Shown: positions 19,625-31,180, counted from the stretch's first letter. The stretch is DNA of 64,000 nucleotides from an uncultured Flavobacteriales bacterium (GCA_938023515.1 CALJDR010000053.1:28331-92330), one strand, 5' to 3'. Translations and numbers: made by a program. Notes: generated by a model from the letters alone, not told the origin.

Positions 19625-20812
19625 TCATTCTTTATCCGGTTTTGAGATCACGCGGATGGTCTGTTTCACTTTTTCGGCTGTGGCGCGTGCGCAGGCAATG
19701 TCCGGGGCGGCAACGGTGATATGTCCCATTTTGCGGAACGGGCGTGTCTGGCGCTTACCGTAGATATGTGCCGATACGCCGTCCATGGCCATCACACGCT
19801 CGATGCCGTCGTATACCACGTCGCCGGAAAAACCTTCCTCCCCTACCAGGTTGACCATTACGGCGGGGACTTTGCTTTGCGGGTCGCCCAGGGGCAGGCC
19901 CAGTACGGCGCGGATGTGCTGTTCGAACTGGCTGGTATAGGCTCCTTCGATGGAATAGTGGCCGGAATTGTGTACGCGGGGTGCCGTTTCGTTGACCAGA
20001 ATTTCATCGCTCTGGGTGAGGAACATTTCCACGGCCATTACCCCGGCCGTGCCGAATGCTTCGGCGGTCTTCAGGGCGGCCATGTGAGCCTTGCGGGCGA
20101 TTTCCTCGCTGATGCGGGCCGGGCAAAGAACGTATTCCACCTGGTTGGCCACGGGATGGAATTCCATTTCCACCACCGGGTAGGTGCGGGTATGGCCGTC
20201 GGTACTGCGGGCCACAATGACTGCCAGTTCCGTCTTGAACGGGATGAGGTCTTCTACAATACACGGCACGTCGGGTATCTGGTCGATATCCGTTTTTCTA
20301 TGCACTACTTGTACTCCGCGGCCGTCGTAACCTCCCTGGTCGGCTTTCCAGACGAAACTTTCGCCGGGGATGTCGCCTTTTTCAATGGCTTCCAGCAAGG
20401 CTTTTTTCCCGCCGAATTTTTGGTAAGGAGCGGTCGGGATATGGTTTTGAATATAGAAATCCTTTTGAACGGATTTATCCTGGATGATGCGCAGTACGCG
20501 GGGGCTGGGATAGACCGGCAGGCCTTCCTTTTCCAAAGCTTCCAGCGCATCGATATTGACGTGCTCTATTTCGATGGTCAGGGCGTCCACCGTTTTGCCG
20601 AAGCGGTACACGGTGTCGTAATCCTTGAAATCGCCTACCGTGAATCGGTTGGAACCGATCGAACACGGGGCGTCCGGGCTGGGGTCGAGCACCGATACGG
20701 CGATGTCCATCCGGCGGGTGGCGGCGATGAGCATTTTCCCTAACTGGCCGCCGCCGAGGATGCCGAGGGTGAAATCCGAGGAGAATACGTGTGTGGAGTT
20801 TTTTCCGGGCAT
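19625..20812 (-). CDS. purK: N5-carboxyaminoimidazole ribonucleotide synthase (ATP-grasp)
   Basis: GILGGGQLG N-terminus, ATP-grasp core, NSGH motif (RVHNSGHY), and C-terminal R.MGH. Confidence 0.85.
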   Translation of the reverse strand: MPGKNSTHVFSSDFTLGILGGGQLGKMLIAATRRMDIAVSVLDPSPDAPCSIGSNRFTVGDFKDYDTVYRFGKTVDALTIEIEHVNIDALEALEKEGLPVYPSPRVLRIIQDKSVQKDFYIQNHIPTAPYQKFGGKKALLEAIEKGDIPGESFVWKADQGGYDGRGVQVVHRKTDIDQIPDVPCIVEDLIPFKTELAVIVARSTDGHTRTYPVVEMEFHPVANQVEYVLCPARISEEIARKAHMAALKTAEAFGTAGVMAVEMFLTQSDEILVNETAPRVHNSGHYSIEGAYTSQFEQHIRAVLGLPLGDPQSKVPAVMVNLVGEEGFSGDVVYDGIERVMAMDGVSAHIYGKRQTRPFRKMGHITVAAPDIACARATAEKVKQTIRVISKPDKE

Positions 20813-20828
20813 GGCGATACGTTTGGCT

Positions 20829-22628
20829 TTAGTCGTCCGAGAGTTTGAGCACGGCCATGAATGCCGACTGGGGTACTTCCACGCGGCCGATCTGGCGCAT
20901 GCGTTTTTTGCCCTGTTTCTGTTTTTCGAGCAACTTACGCTTGCGGGAGATGTCGCCTCCGTAGCATTTGGCGGTCACGTCCTTGCGCACGGCCTTGATG
21001 GTTTCGCGGGCGATGATCTTGGCCCCGATGGCTGCCTGCAGCGGAATGTCGAACTGCTGCCGGGGAATGAGTCCGCGGAGTTTCTCGACGATCCTTTTGC
21101 CGATATTGTAAGCGTTGTCCCGGTGGATGAGCGAGGAAAGCGCGTCTACCGGTTCGCTGTTGATCAAAATATCCACCTTCACCAGGTCGGCCGCCCGGAA
21201 ATCGATCGGGGTGTAGTCGAATGACGCATACCCTTTGGACAGGGATTTGAGCCGGTCGTAAAAGTCGAACACCACTTCGGCCAGCGGAAGCTCGAAGATG
21301 AGTTCCACACGGGTCGGTGTGAGGTACGACTGGTTTTTAAGCACGCCCCGCTTGGAGATGCAAAGGGCCATCACCGGGCCGATATATTCGGATTGGGTAA
21401 TGATAGAGGCGCGGATATAGGGTTCTTCCACCCGGTCGAGCCGCGAAGGGTCGGGGAGCTCGGAAGGGTTGTGTATCACCAGGGCATGGTTGCGGTCGGA
21501 AGTCTGGTAGACGTGGTACGAAACGTTGGGCACGGTAGTGATGACCGTCATGCCAAATTCGCGCTCCAAGCGCTCCTGGATGATCTCCAAGTGCAGCATG
21601 CCGAGGAATCCGCAGCGGAACCCGAAGCCCAGTGCGGCGGACGATTCCGCCTCGAAGGTAAGGGAGGCGTCGTTCAGGTGGAGTTTTTCCATCGAAGAGC
21701 GCAGTTCCTCGTAATCCTCGGTGTCCACCGGGTATATACCCGCAAAGACCATAGGCTTGACCTCCTCGAAACCTTCGATGGCTTTGAGGGTCGGCCGTTC
21801 GACCGAGGTGATGGTGTCGCCCACTTTCACTTCGACGGCTTCTTTGATACCGGATATGACGTAGCCTACGTCCCCGGCGCTGATCTGTTTTTTCGGCTGC
21901 TTTTTGAGTTTGAGCGTGCCTACTTCATCCGCCAGGTAAGTTTTGCCGGTGGCCATGAACTTGACCTTTTCGCCTTGTCGGATCGTGCCGTTCACCACTT
22001 TATAGTAAGCCTCCACACCCCGGAAAGGGTTGAATACGGAGTCGAATACCAGGGCCTCGAGCGGGGCCGAAGGGTCGCCTACGGGGGCCGGAATGCGCTC
22101 AACGATAGCTTTCAGGATGTCCTCGACGCCCTGTCCCGTTTTGCCGGAAGCCAGGATGATGTCTTCGGGCTTGCAGTCGATCAGAGCTACGATATCGTCG
22201 GAGACTTCCTCCGGTTTGGCCGAAGGGAGGTCTATCTTGTTGAGCACCGGGATGATGGTCAGCCCGTTTTCCAGCGCCAGGTACAGGTTGGAAATGGTCT
22301 GGGCCTGTATGCTCTGGGCGGCATCGACTACCAGCAGGGCGCCTTCGCAGGCGGCGATGGAACGCGAGACTTCGTACGAGAAGTCCACATGTCCCGGGGT
22401 GTCGATCAGGTTGAGCACGTATTTTTCACCGTTCTGTATGTGGTCCATCTGGATGGCGTGGCTTTTGATGGTGATGCCGCGCTCGCGCTCCAGGTCCATA
22501 TTGTCGAGCAGCTGATCCTGTTTCTCGCGGTCGGATACGGTCTGTGTGTATTCCAACAGGCGGTCGGCCAGCGTCGATTTGCCGTGGTCTATATGGGCGA
22601 TGATGCAAAAATTGCGAATGTTTTTCAT
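20829..22628 (-). CDS. lepA: translation elongation factor 4
   Basis: [35 protein letters not shown] and the LepA-specific C-terminal domain ([24 protein letters not shown]). Confidence 0.95.
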   Translation of the reverse strand: MKNIRNFCIIAHIDHGKSTLADRLLEYTQTVSDREKQDQLLDNMDLERERGITIKSHAIQMDHIQNGEKYVLNLIDTPGHVDFSYEVSRSIAACEGALLVVDAAQSIQAQTISNLYLALENGLTIIPVLNKIDLPSAKPEEVSDDIVALIDCKPEDIILASGKTGQGVEDILKAIVERIPAPVGDPSAPLEALVFDSVFNPFRGVEAYYKVVNGTIRQGEKVKFMATGKTYLADEVGTLKLKKQPKKQISAGDVGYVISGIKEAVEVKVGDTITSVERPTLKAIEGFEEVKPMVFAGIYPVDTEDYEELRSSMEKLHLNDASLTFEAESSAALGFGFRCGFLGMLHLEIIQERLEREFGMTVITTVPNVSYHVYQTSDRNHALVIHNPSELPDPSRLDRVEEPYIRASIITQSEYIGPVMALCISKRGVLKNQSYLTPTRVELIFELPLAEVVFDFYDRLKSLSKGYASFDYTPIDFRAADLVKVDILINSEPVDALSSLIHRDNAYNIGKRIVEKLRGLIPRQQFDIPLQAAIGAKIIARETIKAVRKDVTAKCYGGDISRKRKLLEKQKQGKKRMRQIGRVEVPQSAFMAVLKLSDD

Positions 22629-22857
22629 GTTCCTTCTCTTCTTCGGCCGGGATATGGGAACACCCGCCGAATCAAGGCCAAAGGTAGTGTTTTTTGACGT
22701 ATTTTATGTTTTGCGGGCTGGGTTTGGCGAAAAAAACACATTCTCTCCGAATTAATAACATTTTATTAAAGAACCGGTTTCCGGGGATCCGGTTATTCTT
22801 TTTATTTTCGCACCTTAGAATCCCCGCATCCGGTGCGGGCCCATAAAATACATCCCG

Positions 22858-23502
22858 ATGGAATCCGTAGGCTTTATACAATGGTGCATCGAGCACCTGA
22901 ATTACTGGACGATCACCCTTTTAATGACGATAGAGAGTTCTTTCATCCCCTTCCCTTCCGAAGTGGTGGTGCCTCCCGCCGCCTACAAAGCGGCCGCCGG
23001 GGAATTGAACGTCGTGTTGGTGGTGGTTTTCGCGACCCTGGGTGCCGACCTGGGTGCACTGATCAATTATTACCTGGCCCGGTGGATCGGACGCCCGATC
23101 ATTTACCGTTTTGCGGAGAGCCGTATCGGACATATGTGTCTACTGGACAAAAACAAAGTGCAAAAGGCTGAGAAGTATTTCGACGACCACGGGGTAATCT
23201 CCACCTTCGTAGGGCGGCTCGTCCCGGCGGTGCGGCAGCTGATCTCCATCCCGGCGGGGCTGGCTAAAATGAAACTTTCCACCTTTTTGATATTCACTAC
23301 ATTGGGTGCAGGCCTGTGGAATACGATCCTGGCCGCTATCGGATATTACCTCCATTCGGTCGTGCCACAGGACGAGCTGATGGCGCAGGTGTTGAAGTAC
23401 AGCAAGGAGCTGTCTTATGTTTTCGTGGTGCTGGCCATCGCGATCGTGCTGTTCTTCGTCTACAAGGGCCTGAAGAAAAAGAAACCGGTGTCGGCGGATT
23501 GA
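22858..23502 (+). CDS. DedA/SNARE-associated (VTT domain) inner-membrane protein
   Basis: E.SFIPFPSE, GR..P..R motif and multiple transmembrane segments. 214 aa. Confidence 0.75.
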   Translation: MESVGFIQWCIEHLNYWTITLLMTIESSFIPFPSEVVVPPAAYKAAAGELNVVLVVVFATLGADLGALINYYLARWIGRPIIYRFAESRIGHMCLLDKNKVQKAEKYFDDHGVISTFVGRLVPAVRQLISIPAGLAKMKLSTFLIFTTLGAGLWNTILAAIGYYLHSVVPQDELMAQVLKYSKELSYVFVVLAIAIVLFFVYKGLKKKKPVSAD

Positions 23503-23606
23503 ACCTTTCGCAAGAAAAAACGGCCCCGGATGTAAAAAAATCAAGAAAATATTTGGAATTAAAGTGAACTTCGCAGTACATTTGTCCCGTTGATATAGAA
23601 AACACA

Positions 23607-23684
23607 ATGAAAAATGCCGTTGTCCTAATTAGCGTCCTGCTGCTGCCCGTGGTGATTACCTCCGGGAGTGAGAAAGGCGTATAG
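23607..23684 (+). CDS. ilv-leu operon leader peptide (25 aa, MKNAVVLISVLLLPVVITSGSEKGV)
   Basis: 12 of 25 residues are Val, Leu or Ile. It sits 90 nt upstream of ilvD, and its last codons overlap one arm of an alternative-hairpin system. Confidence 0.6.
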   Translation: MKNAVVLISVLLLPVVITSGSEKGV

Positions 23685-23716
23685 GTGTGGCGGACATACA
23701 CTAAGGATATACAAAA

Positions 23717-23750
23717 ACCTTTCTCACTCCCATGAGGAAGGTTTTTTTTT
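23717..23750 (+). terminator. attenuator terminator of the ilv-leu leader
   Basis: Stem acctttctca/tgaggaaggt (10 bp, one G-U pair), loop ctccca, then T9. Its 5' arm is also complementary to GGGAGTGAGAAAGG (23664-23677), a 14-bp perfect anti-terminator. Confidence 0.6.
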
Positions 23751-23776
23751 GAACTTATATTTCAGGGAAAAAAGAC

Positions 23777-25600
23777 ATGGAAAAAGAATTGAAACACCCT
23801 CTCCGCAGTGCCCAGACGATGGATTCCCGCCGTATGGCAGGGGCGCGCAGCCTGTGGAGGGCCAACGGAATGAAGAAAGAACAGATGGGCCGTCCGGTCA
23901 TCGCGATCGCCAATTCGTTCACCCAATTCGTGCCCGGACATGTGCATTTGCACCAGGTGGGGCAGATGGTTCGGGAAGAAGTGGAAAAAATGGGGTGTTT
24001 TGCAGCTGAGTTCGATACGATCGCCGTCGATGACGGGATCGCTATGGGGCACGACGGGATGCTTTACTCGCTCCCTTCGCGCGAGATCATCGCGGACAGC
24101 GTGGAATATATGGTCAATGCCCACAAAGCCGATGCTTTGGTGTGCATCAGCAACTGCGACAAGATAACACCGGGGATGCTGATGGCAGCCATGCGCCTGA
24201 ATATCCCGACGATATTCGTTTCCGGGGGGCCGATGGAGGCCGGGAATTTCCGCGGGCGCGGGGTTGACCTGATCGATGCGATGGTGATGAGCGCCGACGA
24301 GAGCGTTTCCGATGAAGATATAAAAGAGTTGGAAGATTGTGCGTGCCCGGGCTGCGGTTCGTGCTCGGGGATGTTCACGGCCAATTCGATGAACTGCCTG
24401 GCCGAGGCGATCGGGATGGCTTTCCCGGGGAACGGGACGGTCGTAGCCACGCATAAAAACCGCGAAAGGCTGTTCAAAAAAGCTGCGAAGACTATCGTAG
24501 AGATCGCCGGGCGGTACTATTACGACGGCGACGATTCTGTGCTTCCGCGTTCGGTAGCTACGAAATCGGCGTTCGAGAATGCGATGTCGCTCGATATCGC
24601 GATGGGCGGTTCGACCAATACGGTGCTGCACCTGTTGGCAGTGGCCCACGAGGCCGGTGTGGATTTCACAATGGCGGACATAGACCGCCTTTCGCGCCAT
24701 GTGCCGGTGCTTTGCAAGGTAGCCCCGAACGGGCACTACCATGTACAGGATGTGAACCGCGCAGGCGGTATCATGGCGATCCTGGGGGTATTGGCGCGGG
24801 CCGGGCTGGTGGATGTATTGGTAAACCGGGCTGACGGCCGCACCTTGGCCGATGTACTGCGCGAATACGATGCCGCGTCCCCCGGTTTTTCCGACGAAGC
24901 GAAAAAACTTTACCTCAGTGCTCCCGCAGGACGTTTTTCCAACGTGATGGGTTCGCAGGAGACGTATTATAAAGAAATGGATACCGACCGGGAGAACGGT
25001 TGCATCCGCGAAGTGGAACACGCGTATTTCCGGGACGGCGGCCTGGCTGTACTCTTCGGCAATATCGCTGCCGGCGGCTGTATCGTCAAGACGGCCGGGG
25101 TAGATCCTTCGCTTTTCACCTTTAAGGGGAAGGCCATAGTGTTCGAATCGCAGGAACAGGCGGTAGACGGTATTCTGGGCGGGAAAGTGAAAGCCGGCGA
25201 CGTGGTGGTGATCCGCTACGAGGGTCCCAAGGGCGGTCCCGGTATGCAGGAAATGCTGTACCCGACCTCTTACCTGAAATCCAAACACTTGGGCAAAGAG
25301 TGCGCGCTGATCACCGACGGGCGCTTTTCCGGGGGGTCTTCGGGGCTTTCCATCGGGCACGTGTCGCCCGAGGCGGCGGCTGGTGGAGCGATCGCCGTGG
25401 TGGAAGACGGAGACGAAATAGAGATCAATATTCCGGAGCGTAAGATAAACCTGCTGGTGGACGAGGCCGAAATGGACCGCCGCCTGAAGGCTATGAAAGA
25501 ATTCAAACCCGTATCCCGCGAGCGAGTCATTCCGCGCTCGCTTCAGGCGTATGCCCTGCTGGTGAGCTCGGCGGACAAAGGGGCCGTCAGGGAGATATGA
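23777..25600 (+). CDS. ilvD: dihydroxy-acid dehydratase
   Basis: 607 aa with RS...[30 protein letters not shown] and TDGRFSGG. Confidence 0.95.
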   Translation: MEKELKHPLRSAQTMDSRRMAGARSLWRANGMKKEQMGRPVIAIANSFTQFVPGHVHLHQVGQMVREEVEKMGCFAAEFDTIAVDDGIAMGHDGMLYSLPSREIIADSVEYMVNAHKADALVCISNCDKITPGMLMAAMRLNIPTIFVSGGPMEAGNFRGRGVDLIDAMVMSADESVSDEDIKELEDCACPGCGSCSGMFTANSMNCLAEAIGMAFPGNGTVVATHKNRERLFKKAAKTIVEIAGRYYYDGDDSVLPRSVATKSAFENAMSLDIAMGGSTNTVLHLLAVAHEAGVDFTMADIDRLSRHVPVLCKVAPNGHYHVQDVNRAGGIMAILGVLARAGLVDVLVNRADGRTLADVLREYDAASPGFSDEAKKLYLSAPAGRFSNVMGSQETYYKEMDTDRENGCIREVEHAYFRDGGLAVLFGNIAAGGCIVKTAGVDPSLFTFKGKAIVFESQEQAVDGILGGKVKAGDVVVIRYEGPKGGPGMQEMLYPTSYLKSKHLGKECALITDGRFSGGSSGLSIGHVSPEAAAGGAIAVVEDGDEIEINIPERKINLLVDEAEMDRRLKAMKEFKPVSRERVIPRSLQAYALLVSSADKGAVREI

Positions 25601-25639
25601 TTCAGATAACGGGTAACGATTTTTTCAATTTAAAAACCA

Positions 25640-27367
25640 ATGGAAACAAAAGAACGATCAGATAAACAGAATAGACAGACTCGCCGGCTTTCAGGTTCGC
25701 AGGCCATCATCGAGTCTTTCATTGCCGAAGAGGCGGATATTATTTTCGGATACCCCGGCGGGCAGATTATCCCGGTGTACGATGCGTTGTACGACTACCG
25801 GGACCGGATCAACCATATACTGGTGCGCCACGAACAGGGGGCTATTCATGCAGCCGAAGGGTATGCGCGTGCCACGGGAAGGGTGGGCGTATGCATGGTT
25901 ACATCCGGGCCGGGAGCGACCAACACGGTGACGGGCCTGGCCGATGCGATGCTCGATTCCACCCCGGTGGTACTCATCAGCGGGCAGGTAGGGGCCAACC
26001 TTTTGGGTTCGGACGCCTTCCAGGAAACTAACTTTATCGGGATCACCCAGGCGGTGACCAAATGGAACTGCCAGGTAAAACGGGCGCAGGATATTCCCGA
26101 AGCCATTGCCAAGGCGTTCTATATCGCCCGCAGCGGCCGTCCGGGCCCGGTAGTGGTCGATATCACCAAGGATGCCCAGGTGGGGATGATGGATTTCTGC
26201 TATGAAAAGGTGGAAAATATCCGCAGCTATGTGCCGGCTCCGGCTCCCGACCGGGAAAAAGTGGCGGAAGCGGCTAAATTGATAAACTTTGCCAAAAGGC
26301 CGATGGCGTTGATCGGACAGGGGGTTATCCTCGGACAGGCCGAACAGGAGCTCGAAGCGTTCCTCAAAAAGAGCGGTATCCCGGCGGCTTCCACTTTGCT
26401 GGGACTTTCCGCCTTGCCGTCTGACCACCCGCAGAACGTGGGGATGCTCGGGATGCACGGCAATTACGGCCCGAACATCAAAAATAAGGAATGCGACCTG
26501 CTCATCGCGATCGGCATGCGTTTCGACGACCGCGTGACGGGCAATCCGGACAAATTCGGCATCAACGCCAAGATCGTCCACCTGGAGATAGACCCTTCGG
26601 AAGTGAACAAGATCGTCTATGCCGAGGTGCCAGTAGTGGGCGACGTCAAGCAGACGCTGCCGATGCTTACCGAGATGATCTCGGAAAAAGACCATAAAGA
26701 GTGGATCGCCGAATTCCGGGCCTGCGACAAGGTCGAGAACCAGAAGATCATAGAAAAAGAACTCCACCCCAAATCCGGCGCTATCCGGATGGGAGAAGTA
26801 GTGCATAAGGTATCCGAAGCGACTGCCGGGAAAGCTATCATGGTGACCGACGTAGGCCAGCACCAGATGTTCGCTGCCCGGTATTTCCGGTACACCACCC
26901 CGCGGAGTATCATTACTTCCGGCGGCCTGGGAACGATGGGCTTCGGGCTGCCGGCAGCTATCGGCGCCAAGTTGGGCTGCCCCGAAAAAGAAGTGGTATT
27001 GTTCGTAGGGGACGGCGGCCTGCAGATGAATATTCAGGAATTGGCTACCATCATGCAGAGCGGCGTGGGGGTGAAAATCATCCTGCTGAACAACAGTTTT
27101 CTGGGGATGGTGCGCCAGTGGCAGGAGCTTTTCTACAACCACCGCTATTCGTTCACCGATCTGCTCAGCCCGGATTATTCCCTGATCGCCCAGGCCAATA
27201 AAGTAGATTACGCTCTGGTGGAAAAACGGGAGGATCTGGACAGCGCCATCGAAAAGATGCTGGCCGCCGAAGGGGCCTGCCTGCTGGAAGTCCGGGTGGA
27301 AAAAGAAGGGGATGTATTCCCGATGGTCCCCGCCGGCGCTGCCGTAGCGGACATTATGCTTGAATAA
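25640..27367 (+). CDS. ilvB: acetolactate synthase, large (catalytic) subunit
   Basis: ThDP enzyme with GYPGG, HEQGA.H.AEGYAR, GPGATN and GLGTMGFGLPAAIGA...GDGG.QMN.QEL. Confidence 0.9.
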   Translation: METKERSDKQNRQTRRLSGSQAIIESFIAEEADIIFGYPGGQIIPVYDALYDYRDRINHILVRHEQGAIHAAEGYARATGRVGVCMVTSGPGATNTVTGLADAMLDSTPVVLISGQVGANLLGSDAFQETNFIGITQAVTKWNCQVKRAQDIPEAIAKAFYIARSGRPGPVVVDITKDAQVGMMDFCYEKVENIRSYVPAPAPDREKVAEAAKLINFAKRPMALIGQGVILGQAEQELEAFLKKSGIPAASTLLGLSALPSDHPQNVGMLGMHGNYGPNIKNKECDLLIAIGMRFDDRVTGNPDKFGINAKIVHLEIDPSEVNKIVYAEVPVVGDVKQTLPMLTEMISEKDHKEWIAEFRACDKVENQKIIEKELHPKSGAIRMGEVVHKVSEATAGKAIMVTDVGQHQMFAARYFRYTTPRSIITSGGLGTMGFGLPAAIGAKLGCPEKEVVLFVGDGGLQMNIQELATIMQSGVGVKIILLNNSFLGMVRQWQELFYNHRYSFTDLLSPDYSLIAQANKVDYALVEKREDLDSAIEKMLAAEGACLLEVRVEKEGDVFPMVPAGAAVADIMLE

Positions 27368-27388
27368 CGACAAAGAAGACTTCAGACC

Positions 27389-27952
27389 ATGGAAAAAGAA
27401 TATATACTGACGGTTTTTTCGGAGAACAAAGTGGGTATCCTCAACCAGATAACCACGGTGCTCACCTGCCGCAACATCAACATCGAGAGCCTGACCACTT
27501 CGGAATCGGCCGCGAGCGGAATACACCGCTTCACCATTGTGGTGAACACCGATCCGGAAAAGGTCGACAAGCTCGTGTGCCAGATTGAAAAGAAGATAGA
27601 GGTGCTCAAAGCTTTTGTCAACACTCCGGACGAGGTGGTGCAGCAGGAGATAGCCCTTTACAAGGTCTCCCGCAACCGCAACGTGGAAAACCTGGTGCGC
27701 GACCATCATGTCCGCATCCTGGAAATAGGCGAGGACTGCATCGTGCTGGAAAAGACCGGACACAAGGAGGAAACGCAGGAGTTGCTGGAACTACTCCGCC
27801 CGTACGGGGTGTACCAGTTTGCCCGCACGGGGCTGGTGGCCATCGTCAAGGACAAGGACAATCTGCTGGACGAATGTCCGGGCTGCAAACCTTTAATCAT
27901 AGAAAATTTTGACAGTCTGTCAAACGATCGAAATAAAAACAAAACGGAATAA
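27389..27952 (+). CDS. ilvN: acetolactate synthase, small (regulatory) subunit
   Basis: ACT-domain start (LTVFSENKVGILNQITTVLTCRNINIESLT), immediately downstream of ilvB. Confidence 0.85.
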   Translation: MEKEYILTVFSENKVGILNQITTVLTCRNINIESLTTSESAASGIHRFTIVVNTDPEKVDKLVCQIEKKIEVLKAFVNTPDEVVQQEIALYKVSRNRNVENLVRDHHVRILEIGEDCIVLEKTGHKEETQELLELLRPYGVYQFARTGLVAIVKDKDNLLDECPGCKPLIIENFDSLSNDRNKNKTE

Positions 27953-27974
27953 TCATTTAAATTTTTAAAACATC

Positions 27975-29021
27975 ATGGCAAAAATGAATTTCGGAGGAGT
28001 CGAGGAAAATGTGATCACCCGCGACGAATTCCCTCTCTCGAAAGCCCTTGAAACAATGAAGGACGAAACGATAGCGGTAATCGGTTACGGCGTACAGGGT
28101 CCCGGTCAGTCGCTCAACCTCAAGGATAACGGTTTCAACGTGATCGTCGGCCAGCGCAAGAACAGCAAAAGCTGGGACAAGGCCGTAGCCGACGGATGGG
28201 TACCGGGCGAAACGCTTTTCGACATCGAAGAAGCCGCCGCCAAAGCGACCGTCATCCAGTACCTGTTGTCCGACGCCGGCCAGATCTCCCTGTGGCCGAC
28301 GATCAAGAAACACCTTACTCCGGGCAAGGCCCTTTATTTCTCGCACGGTTTCGGTATTACCTATAAAGAACGTACGGGCATCGTTCCCCCGGCCGATGTG
28401 GACGTGATCCTGATCGCCCCGAAAGGCTCCGGCACTTCGCTGCGCCGCATGTTCCTCCAGGGACGCGGACTGAACTCCAGCTATGCGATCTTCCAGGACG
28501 CTACCGGCAAGGCTAAAGACCGTGTCGTAGCATTGGGTATCGGCGTAGGTTCGGGTTACCTGTTCGAGACGACGTTCAAGAAAGAGGTTTACTCCGACCT
28601 TACGGGCGAGCGCGGTACGCTGATGGGTGCTATCCAGGGTATCTTTGCGGCCCAGTACGATACGCTGCGCGCCAACGGCCACACCCCGTCCGAAGCGTTC
28701 AACGAAACGGTGGAAGAGCTTTCGCAGAGCCTGATGCCGCTGATCGCCGAGAACGGAATGGATTGGATGTACGCCAACTGCTCGACCACGGCCCAGCGCG
28801 GTGCGCTCGACTGGTGGAAGAAGTTCCGCGACGCCGCCAAACCGGTATTCGAAGAGCTTTACAAAGAAGTGGCTGCCGGCAACGAAGCCCAGCGTTCCAT
28901 CGATACCAACAGCAAGCCGGACTACCGCGAAGGCCTCAATAAAGAACTCGAGGAGATGCGCAATTCCGAGATGTGGCAGGCAGGCGCCGTAGTGCGTAAG
29001 CTCCGTCCGGAAAACAACTAA
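27975..29021 (+). CDS. ilvC: ketol-acid reductoisomerase
   Basis: IGYGVQGPGQSLNL Rossmann motif, HGF, and the SHGFGI/CSTTAQ segments typical of class I KARI. Confidence 0.95.
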   Translation: MAKMNFGGVEENVITRDEFPLSKALETMKDETIAVIGYGVQGPGQSLNLKDNGFNVIVGQRKNSKSWDKAVADGWVPGETLFDIEEAAAKATVIQYLLSDAGQISLWPTIKKHLTPGKALYFSHGFGITYKERTGIVPPADVDVILIAPKGSGTSLRRMFLQGRGLNSSYAIFQDATGKAKDRVVALGIGVGSGYLFETTFKKEVYSDLTGERGTLMGAIQGIFAAQYDTLRANGHTPSEAFNETVEELSQSLMPLIAENGMDWMYANCSTTAQRGALDWWKKFRDAAKPVFEELYKEVAAGNEAQRSIDTNSKPDYREGLNKELEEMRNSEMWQAGAVVRKLRPENN

Positions 29022-29179
29022 ACCCGCTGCCCGGATGCCGGGTACGGAAATATGACGGGCTGTTTTGGCCCTGGCCTGCCGCCCCTGACCGGACGGCAGG
29101 TCCCTAAGCCGGGAGTGAAACGAAGATTCCGGCCCACCGAAAAAGAAATAAAAAAAGGGGGAGAACCCCGGAAAATACC

Positions 29180-30670
29180 ATGAGTGATAAAGTTTACATA
29201 TTCGACACCACACTCCGCGACGCCGAACAGGTGCCCGGCTGCCAGCTCAATACCATCGAAAAGATAGAAGTGGCCCGCCAGCTGGAAAAACTGGGTGTGG
29301 ACATCATCGAAGCGGGGTTCCCGATCTCCAGTCCGGGCGATTTCAACTCGGTGGTGGAAATATCGAAAGCGGTGACCACCCCGACGATCTGCGCCCTTAC
29401 CCGCGCGGTGAAAAAAGATATCGAGGTCGCGGCCGATGCGCTGAAACATGCCAAGCGGGGCCGTATTCATACCGGGATCGGGACATCCCCGTACCATATT
29501 TATGAAAAACTGAATTCCGATCCCCAGGAGATCATCCGCCGGGCGGAAGAGGCGGTGAAATACGCCCGTACGTTCGTGGACGACGTGGAATTCTACGCCG
29601 AGGATGCGGGCCGTACGGAGGAAGAATACCTGGCCCGGGTGGTCGAGGCCGTGATCAAAGCCGGTGCAACGGTGGTCAATATCCCCGATACGACGGGATA
29701 CTGCCTGCCTTCGGAATATGGGGCCAAGATCGCGTACCTGATGAACAACGTGCCCAACATCGACAAGGCTATTATTTCCACCCACTGCCACAACGACCTG
29801 GGAATGGCTACGGCCAATACCATCGCGGCCATTATGAACGGGGCACGCCAGGCGGAGGTGACCATCAATGGTTTGGGCGAGCGGGCTGGCAATACGGCCC
29901 TCGAGGAAGTGGTGATGGCTATCGCCTGCCACAAAAACCTCAATTTCGAGGTAGGGATCAATACCAAGGAGATCATCAATTCCAGCCATTTGGTGTCCAA
30001 CCTGATGCGCGTGCCGGTACAGCCGAACAAGGCGATCGTAGGGCGCAATGCCTTTGCGCATTCTTCGGGGATCCACCAGGATGGGGTGCTCAAGAGCCGC
30101 GAAACATACGAGATCATCGATCCGGCAGACGTAGGGGTAGACCAATCGAGTATTATCCTGACGGCCCGCAGCGGCCGTGCAGCGCTGAAACATCACCTCA
30201 AGGAATTGGGTTACAGTCCGGAAGGCGAGGAACTGGATGCGATCTACCAAAAATTCCTCGAACTGGCCGACAAGAAAAAGGATATCTCCATCCGCGACCT
30301 GGAAGTGCTGGCCGGGCGTACGAAAACGGATATGCCGCTCAAACTGGAGACGCTCCAGGTGGTGTGCGGGCAGTCCACGGTTCCTACGGCGACGGTGCAA
30401 ATCAGTTTCGGCGGGGATACGTTTACCGAGACGGCCAGCGGCAACGGCCCGGTGGATGCGGCTTTCAATGCGGTGAAGAGCATTACCAAGCGCCGGGTGC
30501 ATATCGAGGAATTTCTCGTACAGGCCATTACGCGCGGTAGCGACGACTTGGGCAAAGTGCATTTGCAGGTATCACACAAGGGCAAGGTGTACTATGGTTT
30601 CGGGGCCAATACAGACATCGTAACGGCTTCCGTGGAGTCGCTGCTCGATGCGCTGAGCAAGATCGCCTGA
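29180..30670 (+). CDS. leuA: 2-isopropylmalate synthase
   Basis: [33 protein letters not shown] and a C-terminal LeuA regulatory domain. Confidence 0.95.
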   Translation: MSDKVYIFDTTLRDAEQVPGCQLNTIEKIEVARQLEKLGVDIIEAGFPISSPGDFNSVVEISKAVTTPTICALTRAVKKDIEVAADALKHAKRGRIHTGIGTSPYHIYEKLNSDPQEIIRRAEEAVKYARTFVDDVEFYAEDAGRTEEEYLARVVEAVIKAGATVVNIPDTTGYCLPSEYGAKIAYLMNNVPNIDKAIISTHCHNDLGMATANTIAAIMNGARQAEVTINGLGERAGNTALEEVVMAIACHKNLNFEVGINTKEIINSSHLVSNLMRVPVQPNKAIVGRNAFAHSSGIHQDGVLKSRETYEIIDPADVGVDQSSIILTARSGRAALKHHLKELGYSPEGEELDAIYQKFLELADKKKDISIRDLEVLAGRTKTDMPLKLETLQVVCGQSTVPTATVQISFGGDTFTETASGNGPVDAAFNAVKSITKRRVHIEEFLVQAITRGSDDLGKVHLQVSHKGKVYYGFGANTDIVTASVESLLDALSKIA

Positions 30671-30758
30671 CCAAGTGACCCTGGTGGGCAGGAAGGGGAC
30701 AATATTCGGCGGTAATTGTCGAATTATTCCAAACTGCCCTGTCCGGGCACGGACTTAA

Positions 30759-31082
30759 CTTTCTTTTGTCTTGCCAAAAGGCCGGGAGCCCCGGCAAGGC
30801 ATAAAAGAAAAGGCAACCGTTCAGCGACAACAGTCGCCCCTGCGCTAACAGTTTCCTTCGCTTGCTACCGCTGCACGATGAAAACAGACGCTCCGGGCGG
30901 GTAAGTGAAAAGGGCCGCTGCGTTTGCGAGCGAACAGCCCCGGAAGGGCTGAAACATGACGCCCGATGCTTTAAGGTCCTTTCGGGGTGTAAAGAGAGCA
31001 AAGCAAACCATCCGGGAGGACAGCCTCTCTTTCTTTTCCGTTCAGCCGGGATCACCCGGTCTTTTGAGCCGGCAAAAGAAAG
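30759..31082. repeat. structured GC-rich insert with two roughly 55-nt palindromic units, inside the leuA-leuC spacer
   Basis: Left unit (30759-30813): CTTTCTTTTgtcttgcc..GCCGGGagcCCCGGC..ataAAAGAAAAG. Right unit (31029-31082): CTTTCTTTTccg..GCCGGGatcaCCCGGt..cggcAAAAGAAAG. The outermost 27 nt form imperfect inverted repeats. Confidence 0.6.
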
Positions 31083-31180
31083 TGGAATCCGGGTGTCTCC
31101 GGCGGAACAGGAGAAAACGCCTTGCGATAAAAATCGAGATTTTAACCGGAAGAAAAAGATACGATAGAAAATAAAAATAG

